Notes under the pieces: model-generated
Databases searched by the model: none
Seen by the model: the letters and a program-made list of their open reading frames with translations, nothing else
Told to the model about the DNA's origin: nothing
Origin: Candidatus Zhuqueibacterota bacterium 4484_87
GTDB lineage: Bacteria > Zhuqueibacterota > Zhuqueibacteria > Thermofontimicrobiales > Thermofontimicrobiaceae
Direction: 5' to 3'
Assembly: GCA_002085355.1 (NCBI GenBank)
Contig: NATN01000037.1
Span: 1 to 46,353, forward strand
DNA length: 46,353 bases
In this document: positions 39,080-46,353 of the stretch, in pieces
How positions within the stretch are numbered: position 1 is the stretch's first letter
Layout: each line of letters starts with the position of its first letter
Position numbers and translations under genes: made by a program

Positions 39080-39523
39080 ATGAAAATAATTTTACGTAAA
39101 GATTTTGAAGGTGTTGGCAAAGCCGGCGAGCTTGTCACGGTCAAAGATGGTTATGCGAGAAATTTTTTGATCCCGCAGGGCATTGCTCTTAAGGCAGACG
39201 CCGCCGCCGTAAAACAGTTGGAAGCTGAAAGAAAAATGCAGGAAATGAAAGTTTCGCGCAGCAAAAAGGCTGCTGAGCAATTAGCAGAAGAGTTGGCGAA
39301 AGTATCCTGCACGGCAACGGTTACGGTGGGTGAAGAGGATAAAGTTTTTGGTTCCGTAACATCTCAGCAGATTGCCGATCTGTTGAAAGAAAAGGGCTAC
39401 GAAATCGACAAAAAGAAAATTCGGCTCGATGAACCGATAAAGGCTTTGGGCATTTATGATGTCGCAATTAAGCTGCACCCGGAAGTAGAGACGAAAATTA
39501 AGCTGTGGGTGGTCAAAGAGTAA
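39080..39523 (+). CDS. rplI: 50S ribosomal protein L9
   Basis: VKDGYARNFLIPQG, KVFGSVT, PIKALG, LHPEV. Confidence 0.97.
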   Translation: MKIILRKDFEGVGKAGELVTVKDGYARNFLIPQGIALKADAAAVKQLEAERKMQEMKVSRSKKAAEQLAEELAKVSCTATVTVGEEDKVFGSVTSQQIADLLKEKGYEIDKKKIRLDEPIKALGIYDVAIKLHPEVETKIKLWVVKE

Positions 39524-39657
39524 ATGTATCAGATCGGATACTTAAATTACGATATTAATTTTAATGATGATTGTCGTGCACAATTAACACATTATTCGGG
39601 AAAACTAATGTCTTCAAATGCGGAACTCCCTGAAAAAAGTGCATTGATATGAAAAAT

Positions 39658-39688
39658 AAAAAAGACTGAGCTATCTCAGTCTTTTTTT
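39658..39688 (+). terminator. Rho-independent terminator after rplI
   Basis: AAAAAAGACTGAG-CTAT-CTCAGTCTTTTTTT. Confidence 0.85.
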
Positions 39689-39718
39689 GTTAAAAAACGG
39701 CAAAATCAAAAAAAATCG

Positions 39719-39747
39719 TTGACTTTAATGGAAAATAATATTAAATT
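39719..39747 (+). promoter_or_regulatory. Putative sigma70 promoter of the small Zn-ribbon gene
   Basis: TTGACT-17nt-TAAATT. Confidence 0.65.
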
Positions 39748-39889
39748 TTTTTAATAGTTTGCTGAAAATCGGTGCATCTTGTGCTGACGCGGCGAAAGCA
39801 GAAAATTACTATTTTTTTAGTCACAACAAACTAATTCCATCAATTTGATTCGTAACGTCAAGGCATAAAACGTGAGGGGAGGAGTATCC

Positions 39890-40081
39890 ATGGAAGGTAG
39901 GTATCCCGAATGTCTCAAATGTTCAACCGGAGTGCTGGTCCCATTGTCAGATTATGGTCGTGAAGGCTCGTCAATAATGTATAAAGCATGGGTGTGCACA
40001 AACCCTGAATGCGGGTTTAACATACGCATTGACAATGGCGAAGTAAGTATTGGCAAAACCATTGGGCAATCTTTTAAGTAA
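39890..40081 (+). CDS. Small putative zinc-ribbon protein (63 aa)
   Basis: GGAGGAG RBS; CLKC...CTNPEC motif. Confidence 0.8.
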   Translation: MEGRYPECLKCSTGVLVPLSDYGREGSSIMYKAWVCTNPECGFNIRIDNGEVSIGKTIGQSFK

Positions 40082-40113
40082 TTTGCTCAAATTTGCTAAA
40101 AGCTTCTAACCGA

Positions 40114-40153
40114 GAAGAGGGTAGCGGGAACTGCATTCCTGATGCCCTTTTTC
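40114..40153 (+). terminator. Probable terminator after the Zn-ribbon gene
   Basis: GAAGAGGGTAGCGGGAA...TTCCTGATGCCCTTTTTC imperfect hairpin ending in a T-tract. Confidence 0.5.
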
Positions 40154-40170
40154 AATTTTGAGAGCGGAAT

Positions 40171-41109
40171 ATGGGAATAAAAGAAAAAATATTTTTTAAT
40201 TTTAAGTATAAAGTCGTTGTTTTTTTGCTTTCGGTTTTGGTGTGGTTTTTTGTTAAAACGGAAGATAATTACAAATATACATTCAATATTCCCCTGCGTA
40301 TTGCCAATTTGGGAGAAAATCGCATTGTCCAGAACAAACTTCCCGAACAGATTGCCGTTAACTTATGGGGCAAGGGCAGAACTTTGCTCTCGTTCTGGCT
40401 GCGAAATGACATGGAATATGTCCTTGATTTGGGAAATGTTGTAGATTCGGCACAAATCATTCTTGATAAAACCAATATTCGCATGTTGCGTGAATCCAAC
40501 ATTGAAGTACTCAATGTTGTCAGTCCGCATCAGGTATTCGTTAAATTGGATCGGCTCATAAAAAAGCCTGTTCCGGTTAAATCTCAGTGCGAAATAGAAA
40601 CGCAGGCCGGGTACACAATCGTCGGAAAGGTGAAATTTGAACCGGATTCAGTGACGGTTCGGGGACCCGTGCGCAAGATGAAAGATATTCGCATGGTTCT
40701 CACGGAGAAAAGACAGTTTCTAAAAGTCAAACACGATTTGGAAAAATGGATCAAACTTATTCCGCCTGTTGCCGAATATGTGACCATTTCGCCGACTGAG
40801 GTGAAGCTTATTGCAGATATTCAGAAGTTGATGGAAAAGCCGATTCCTGAAATTCCGGTGGCAGTTATTAATGTGCCGCCTGGGGATACGATTGTTGTCA
40901 TTCCATCGACATTGTCTCTGGTTCTTGAAGGAGGCTCTGATCAGATTTTGAATGTTACTAAAGACGACATCAGAGTGTACATCGATTATGAAAAAGTCCA
41001 GCAGTCGCACGAAAAGGATCATCTGGCGTACATTGACCCTCCTCCGGGAACGAGCTATCGCGACGTGCATCCAACTCGGTTTAAAATTGTGGTTATGAAG
41101 AAAAAATAA
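40171..41109 (+). CDS. YbbR/CdaR-domain protein
   Basis: N-terminal TM (LLSVLVWFFV); beta-rich repeats with KPVPV, EPDSVTVRGP, PTEVKL, PSTLSLVLEG. Confidence 0.8.
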   Translation: MGIKEKIFFNFKYKVVVFLLSVLVWFFVKTEDNYKYTFNIPLRIANLGENRIVQNKLPEQIAVNLWGKGRTLLSFWLRNDMEYVLDLGNVVDSAQIILDKTNIRMLRESNIEVLNVVSPHQVFVKLDRLIKKPVPVKSQCEIETQAGYTIVGKVKFEPDSVTVRGPVRKMKDIRMVLTEKRQFLKVKHDLEKWIKLIPPVAEYVTISPTEVKLIADIQKLMEKPIPEIPVAVINVPPGDTIVVIPSTLSLVLEGGSDQILNVTKDDIRVYIDYEKVQQSHEKDHLAYIDPPPGTSYRDVHPTRFKIVVMKKK

Positions 41110-41128
41110 ATGTTTTGAACGGAAGCAA

Positions 41129-42124
41129 ATGAAAATTTTAGCGATAGAAACTTCCTGTGATGAAACCGCAGCAGCGATTTACGACGGAAAGTCGTTGCTG
41201 TCCAATGTTGTTGCGTCGCAGACAGTGCACGAAGAATTTGGCGGCGTTGTACCGGAATTGGCGTCACGCGAACACATTCGAAATCTGATGCCTATTGTAC
41301 AGCGGGCATTTTCTGATGCAAACTCCCGTACCGAAGATGTCGATGCTGTCGCGGTTACGCAAGGCCCCGGTCTCATGGGATCTCTGCTGGTTGGGATAAA
41401 TTTTGCCAAAGGATTGGCATTTTCCAACGATCTGCCGCTCATTGGAGTCAATCATATTGAAAGTCACATGTTTGCCATTGAGCTGTCGGAAAATGTACCT
41501 ACTCCGTTTTTATCCCTTGTTGTTTCCGGCGGGCATACGCAATTAGTGCTGGTAAAAGAGTTTGGCGAATATCAATTGCTTGGTAAAACGCTGGATGACG
41601 CTGCAGGAGAAGCTTTTGACAAGGTGGCAAAAATGATGGAACTGGGCTATCCGGGTGGTCCGGTTATCGACAAATTAGCGAAACAGGGCGACGCCAATTT
41701 TGTCGCTTTTCCACGCGCGTTAATCAAAGAAAAAAATTACAATTTTAGTTTTAGCGGCCTGAAAACTTCTGTGCTCTACTATTTGAAAAATTTATCTACG
41801 GAGGAAAGACAACTCCATCTCAACGACATTGTAGCGAGTTTTCAAAAAGCGTTAGTAGATGTGTTGATAAAAAAAACGATTTTGGCGTCACGGGAGTTTC
41901 AGATCGATCGGTTGGTTTTAGCCGGTGGCGTGGCGCGAAACAGTTTTCTGCGCCAGGAATTCCAAAAGATTGCTGCCGCGGAGAACAAGCAAATTTTTAT
42001 TCCGGAACCGATTTTTTGCACGGACAACGCAGCAATGGTAGCTTATGTGGGCCATCGCAAATTTGAGCTGGGACAATTAGCTGATATGTCCATGACGCCT
42101 GTTCCCGGGATGAAGTTAATCTGA
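41129..42124 (+). CDS. tsaD: tRNA N6-adenosine threonylcarbamoyltransferase
   Basis: IETSCDET, GGVVPELASREH, NHIESH, VSGGHT, GEAFDKVA, FSFSGLK, CTDNAAM. Confidence 0.97.
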   Translation: MKILAIETSCDETAAAIYDGKSLLSNVVASQTVHEEFGGVVPELASREHIRNLMPIVQRAFSDANSRTEDVDAVAVTQGPGLMGSLLVGINFAKGLAFSNDLPLIGVNHIESHMFAIELSENVPTPFLSLVVSGGHTQLVLVKEFGEYQLLGKTLDDAAGEAFDKVAKMMELGYPGGPVIDKLAKQGDANFVAFPRALIKEKNYNFSFSGLKTSVLYYLKNLSTEERQLHLNDIVASFQKALVDVLIKKTILASREFQIDRLVLAGGVARNSFLRQEFQKIAAAENKQIFIPEPIFCTDNAAMVAYVGHRKFELGQLADMSMTPVPGMKLI

Positions 42125-42154
42125 AAATTTTACCCATGACTACCGAGAAAATAT

Positions 42155-42888
42155 ATGGCCGCGTTGTTTTTGACGATCTTTTGCTCCACAGCCATCGCCC
42201 TCATTTTGAAATACAATGAAATCAAAAGCGGAAATATTATCATTTTACTCGTTGGCAACTATTTTGTCGCAACGCTGATTGGTTTTTATTTTTTTCAAAA
42301 AAGTAGTGGTGACATTTCCCTCTTCACAGCATTGTTCGGATTGATGCTTTCTTTCATGTTTGTGTTTTCATTCTTTGCATTTGCCAAAGGGGTCAGAGCA
42401 GCCGGTACAGCACTGGCGTCGCTGAGCGCACGGCTGTCCGTATTGATCCCTGTCATTTTATCGATGATTGTTTTTGATGAGTTGCCGACCGTCTGGCAAG
42501 TCGCGGGTTTGTTTTTTGCCGTGTGGACAATTGTTGCCTTTTCCGTTTCATCGAAGAAAAATCCCCATCGCCGTTTGAGCCGCAACGACTATTTCTTTTT
42601 GGCTGCGTTGCTGATTGGAATAGGCCTTAACGATTTTTGCATGAAGATTTTTCAACAAGTTCAACCGATGTCAGAAAAGCCATTTTTCTTATTGATGATT
42701 TTCGGCTTTTCATTTTTCCTCACAGCAAGGCGCAGTTGCCGGGAATCATTGTTTTTCCGTCCGTAAACGTGGGAATAATTTTAGGAACGGCAATTTTAGC
42801 GTGGCTCATTTTTCAAGAAAAACTGAATCGTTGGGGCATGTTTGCGCTTTTTCTTGGAATGGTCGCTGTCGTTTTGCTGGGAATTTAG
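42155..42888 (+). pseudogene. EamA/DMT family transporter, frameshifted or deleted near 42730
   Basis: Multi-TM ORF 42155..42766 loses hydrophobic character after FSFFLTA. The C-terminal DMT motif QLPGIIVFPSVNVG...FQEKLN is in another frame, ending at 42888. Confidence 0.75.
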
Positions 42889-43295
42889 TGGCGGTTCTTA
42901 TTGCGAAATTTTTCCAGTTCACGCCGCTCCTTTTTGGTAGGGCGGCCTTTAAACTTGGGATGGCTCATGCGGGTTGACTTGTAAAAAAGACTACGGATAT
43001 CTTCAGCTTCTTTTTCTTCCTGAGTCGGTTCGTGTTCGTGGTAAAGTAGTTTTGCCAGGTCAGCCTTTATCGATTTGTTTACTATGTCCAGAACATCAAA
43101 CCGGCGCATACGCCATTTGTTTTTTACGCTGATTTTATCGCCGATTTTGATCACGCGGGAGGGTTTGGCAACGCGATCATTGACTTGAACTTTACCCTGC
43201 GAACAAGCTTCTGCCGCCTGGCTCCGCGTTTTGTAAATTCGGGCGATTTTTAACCATTTATCCAGCCGGATTGATTTGTCTTCATGCTCTGCCAT
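42885..43295 (-). CDS. hslR: Ribosome-associated heat shock protein Hsp15 (S4 domain)
   Basis: RLDKWLKIARIYKTRS, GRPTKKERR. Confidence 0.92.
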   Translation of the reverse strand: MAEHEDKSIRLDKWLKIARIYKTRSQAAEACSQGKVQVNDRVAKPSRVIKIGDKISVKNKWRMRRFDVLDIVNKSIKADLAKLLYHEHEPTQEEKEAEDIRSLFYKSTRMSHPKFKGRPTKKERRELEKFRNKNRH

Positions 43296-43387
43296 TGAAC
43301 TCAAACTCCGAAAGTTTATCTACCACACACGTCTAATATAGCAACTAAATTCTTCAGAAACAACAAAAAAATGGTTTCAAAATTTAA

Positions 43388-43416
43388 TTGCATCTTTTAT
43401 GAGATATTTGTAAATT
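43388..43416 (+). promoter_or_regulatory. Putative sigma70 promoter
   Basis: TTGCAT-17nt-TAAATT; a divergent TTGTTT-17-TATATT for hslR lies at 43335..43363 on the minus strand. Confidence 0.55.
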
Positions 43417-43452
43417 ACAAAGTAAATTAAAAGCAAGGATTTTAGTATCACA

Positions 43453-46065
43453 ATGAAAAGAATCTCCGTTTTTATCGCTATCCTATTTTTTTGCGTCTCT
43501 TTTCCGGCTTCGGCGGAAATGCACTCTTTTGTCGGGTCAGTTTCTTCTCCGAAATTTTCTCCATCAGGAAAGACTATTCTGTTCAGCAGCACAGATTATC
43601 ACGGATTGTATTTGCTGGATTTGGGCACAAAACAAATTCGACAATTGATAGAAAACAGAAATGGTGGTTACGGGGCTAATTTCTCGCCAGATGGTAGTTT
43701 CATCGCTTTCAAATTAATCAAAGATGACGGCGCACAAATTCCTTGCTTGTATAGTCTCAATAAAAATTCTCTTGTTGAATTGCACGCGCCTTCTTTTTTG
43801 GCGGGTGTCCCCTCTTTTGCCGGAGACGGGAGTTTCTGCTTTACTGTTGATAGCTCGCTTTTTGTTTACAATAAAAACTTGCAGCTTAAAAATATTTTCC
43901 AGTTACAAAATTATTGCAACCTCGCGCGCATTTCACCTGATGGAAAATTTGTCGCTTTCAATGACAATTTTGATCAAATTTGGATACTGTCTTTGATAGA
44001 CGGTTCAAAAAGGCAGGTTACTAATGATCAAGGATATTTTTTCCCTCAATGGTCTCCTCACGGAAAGAAATTATCTGTCCGCTCGCTTTCCGGTGATGTG
44101 TGGGTTTTTGATTTGACGACCGATGAAGCGTTCAATTTAGGCGCGGGTGGTTCTGTGAATTGGGCAGATGATGATCATTTGGTTTTTGTGCGCTATTACT
44201 GGGGCGATAGATTCCAATTAAAAAAAACAGAATTAGTATTTACCGACTTTCAGGGAAAAAACTATCAGATTATTTCCGGAATTGACATCAGTGATGCGCG
44301 TTTTTTAAGTTTTCATTTTCAAAATGGCCAACTGGTAATTTCTGCAGAAAATCGATTGGTGTTAGCGAATTGGAAAAAAGGAAGTTTCCAAATAGAGCAA
44401 CATCTGTCGCATGAGATTAATATCTCTAGTTTAAAAACTCCAAAAGATTTACCGCTGGTCAAATTATCCGCACGGTCTGAACCGGACGCGCCAGTGGCAA
44501 ACGGATTTAATGCCCCATATTTTCATCAGGTTTATGACGTGCCCAATTGGTTTAACGGTCACTGGGCATGTGGTGCGACTACCGCGTTGATGGGACTCCA
44601 GTACTATAAAATTTTGCCCGCTTGGCCCGTAAATTGCTCATATCCGTACGCCCACCAAAGTTCACACGGAAGATACATTTGTGAGATTTATTCTTTCAAT
44701 GGCTATACCTACAACATCGGCGGATACGATCCTGACGGGGGCGTCGCTTACGGAGGCTACGGCTTTATTATTCAAAACAATTGGCTGGACACAAAGGGAA
44801 ATATGGCAAAATATGTTCGCCAGCACGGCGTTGGGTCTGATGTTGACTGGTCTCCCAATTTCAGCAAGTTCAGCAAAAATATCAAAGAGGCGTTTCCGGT
44901 TGTGATTTTAAACAGCCTCACAACAGCGGGACATTACATTTTAGGTGTTGGCGAAATTGCGGCGCAACACGCTGTGATCGTAAATGATCCGTACGGCAAC
45001 AAAAATCAAGGTTACATGAACTATAATGGCAAAAATGTGACCTACGACTGGCCTGGCTACAGCAATGGGCATGCAAATTTGAACATTGTTCATTGTTTCA
45101 TTTACATGCGCCAGGGAGCAGATTTGACGCTATCAGCACCTCAGATACCAGATACACTTGAACTCGCGCAAACTGTGGCAACCGATTTTATCGTACGAAA
45201 CGTAGGCACGAAATCGGCGGACAGCTCGCATTTGGCGATCTATTTGTCTCTTGACAGAGTGTTTAACGCGAACGATATTCTGCTCGCAAAAGCCTTGATT
45301 CCTGAAATCGATGCCGGGGACACAGTTCAGGTCTCTTGCAAAATTCAATTGCCAGATTCTTTACCCAGCTATCGCTGGTCTTTGATTGCCCGCGCCGACG
45401 AGGAGAACGCTATTTTGGAGACAGATGAAAATAACAACATGGCTTACTCCCAGTTTGTTTTGAAGGGCTATCCCCGAGTTTTTCGCATGAGGCCGATTGC
45501 GAATTCCACCGTGGACACCGATCAGCCGGAAATCAGCGCCTATTTCAGTGACGCTTATTTTCCTGTAATTTCCGATTCGATAAAATTATTTCTTGACGAT
45601 TACGATTACTCCGATTCGCTGCAAGTGGCAGGGAATAAAGTGACTTTTCAACCGGTTAACGCACTTTCTCATACGGAGCATCGTGTGCGATTGGAAGTGC
45701 TAAATTCCGCAGGTAACCGTGCTGTGGCAACATGGACTTTTTCTGTGCTGACGACCTCTGTGGAGGGAGGCGATGCGGCAAAAGCCGAAAATTTCCGGTT
45801 AGCCCAAAATTATCCCAACCCGTTTAACGCGACGACGAATATTCAATTTGAATTGCCAGCTCCGGGAATGGTTCACGTGGAAATTTATGCGCAGGATGGC
45901 TCACTCGTCCGCCTTTTTAAATTTTTTGCGGGAAGTTCCGGGAAATATGCGATTCAGTGGGATGGAAAAAATGCGCATGGACAAACTGTGGGGAGTGGCC
46001 TTTATTTTTATCGGATTCGTTCCGGGCGGTTTTCCGCAGCGAAGCGGATGATTTTTTTGAAATAG
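43453..46065 (+). CDS. Secreted multidomain protein: TolB-like propeller, C39-like cysteine peptidase, CARDB/Ig domains, FlgD/T9SS-type CTD
   Basis: Signal peptide ASA-E; FSPSGK/FSPDGS/ISPDGK/WSPHGK repeats; ACGATT, GHYIL, VNDPYG triad; VRNVGT...ETDENNN CARDB; QNYPNPFN...WDGKN...SGLYFY...KRMIFLK. Confidence 0.8.
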   Translation: MKRISVFIAILFFCVSFPASAEMHSFVGSVSSPKFSPSGKTILFSSTDYHGLYLLDLGTKQIRQLIENRNGGYGANFSPDGSFIAFKLIKDDGAQIPCLYSLNKNSLVELHAPSFLAGVPSFAGDGSFCFTVDSSLFVYNKNLQLKNIFQLQNYCNLARISPDGKFVAFNDNFDQIWILSLIDGSKRQVTNDQGYFFPQWSPHGKKLSVRSLSGDVWVFDLTTDEAFNLGAGGSVNWADDDHLVFVRYYWGDRFQLKKTELVFTDFQGKNYQIISGIDISDARFLSFHFQNGQLVISAENRLVLANWKKGSFQIEQHLSHEINISSLKTPKDLPLVKLSARSEPDAPVANGFNAPYFHQVYDVPNWFNGHWACGATTALMGLQYYKILPAWPVNCSYPYAHQSSHGRYICEIYSFNGYTYNIGGYDPDGGVAYGGYGFIIQNNWLDTKGNMAKYVRQHGVGSDVDWSPNFSKFSKNIKEAFPVVILNSLTTAGHYILGVGEIAAQHAVIVNDPYGNKNQGYMNYNGKNVTYDWPGYSNGHANLNIVHCFIYMRQGADLTLSAPQIPDTLELAQTVATDFIVRNVGTKSADSSHLAIYLSLDRVFNANDILLAKALIPEIDAGDTVQVSCKIQLPDSLPSYRWSLIARADEENAILETDENNNMAYSQFVLKGYPRVFRMRPIANSTVDTDQPEISAYFSDAYFPVISDSIKLFLDDYDYSDSLQVAGNKVTFQPVNALSHTEHRVRLEVLNSAGNRAVATWTFSVLTTSVEGGDAAKAENFRLAQNYPNPFNATTNIQFELPAPGMVHVEIYAQDGSLVRLFKFFAGSSGKYAIQWDGKNAHGQTVGSGLYFYRIRSGRFSAAKRMIFLK

Positions 46066-46109
46066 TATCAGTTGTCCATAAGATTTGCTAACTATTGTGA
46101 AATTAATTT

Positions 46110-46182
46110 TTTGACAAGCTAACAGGATAAACCGGATAATAAATATGATTTTTAATCAAGTAAATCCGGTTATCCTGTCAAA
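46110..46182. repeat. Imperfect palindrome built from ACAGGAT/ATCCTGT-type units (REP-like)
   Basis: TTTGACAAGCTAACAGGATAAACCGGAT...ATCCGGTTATCCTGTCAAA. Confidence 0.6.
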
Positions 46183-46353
46183 GGTCCCTAGCGGCAGGGT
46201 GCCGGTGTAGCATCCGCTCTCGTCGCTCGGCGTGAACCCAAACCCCCGAATGGCAGGATCATAGGCGTAGATTTGCACGCCTGGCACCGGGTTGCCGGCT
46301 CCATCGGTGATGCACCCGGCTACCGTGAAGCCAGACGTAAGGACGACGTCCCG
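46156..46353 (-). other. GC-rich coding fragment resembling a carboxypeptidase-regulatory-like beta-sandwich; probably foreign or chimeric
   Basis: Minus-strand frame reads RDVVLTSGFTVAGCITDGAGNPVPGVQIYAYDPAIRGFGFTPSDESGCYTGTLPLGTFDRITGFT*. Hand count gives 111/171 (65%) GC for 46183..46353. Confidence 0.55.

Noticed and set aside
39760..39810. Possible c-di-AMP (ydaO) riboswitch starting GCTGAA upstream of the Zn-ribbon and ybbR genes
   Set aside because: The downstream GGGGA/GGGTGAAT core elements are absent; too short to match.
1360..45348. Numerous antisense or overlapping ORFs in the track (e.g. 1360..1980, 6594..7214, 8176..8808, 28780..29259)
   Set aside because: They shadow well-supported genes and have no RBS or recognisable motifs.
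1..46353. CRISPR arrays, transposases, integrases, prophage or defence genes
   Set aside because: None recognised by eye; the tRNA-Gln 3' end is not visibly duplicated.

Overview
AT-rich chromosomal segment, densely coding and mostly housekeeping. Gene content (two secreted proteins with YPNPFN...WDG..SGxY FlgD/T9SS-type tails, spoVG, an LpxH-like gene, a PgpH-like HD protein) suggests a non-Bacteroidetes FCB-related diderm such as KSB1 or Calditrichota; this is an inference. Order: a 5'-truncated Agl/Glt-like envelope motor operon (giant TPR protein with a C-terminal sugar-binding-type domain, GltF-like protein, MotA/ExbB, two ExbD, AgmX/GltG-like TonB protein); aspS; a coiled-coil lipoprotein plus coiled-coil 2xLysM pair; phoH-HD-ybeY-CBS; an accessory block (membrane protein, orphan sugar ABC ATPase, GH39-like secreted protein, His-phosphatase, TPR); osmC-ECF sigma-ZAS anti-sigma; nitroreductase-glmM; deoC-pdp; PBP1A/lpxH; ispE-spoVG-tRNA-Gln-prs-rplY-pth-hppA-rpsF-ssb-rpsR-rplI; a small Zn-ribbon gene; ybbR-tsaD-EamA; hslR; and a secreted propeller/C39-like protein. 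The best candidate for an undescribed system is the Agl/Glt-like motor, whose two ExbD subunits are asymmetric (Asn versus Asp). Four genes appear to carry short internal deletions and the last ~170 nt are compositionally foreign, so assembly artefacts are likely. No CRISPR array, transposase or integrase was seen. Family assignments come from recalled motifs, not database searches.
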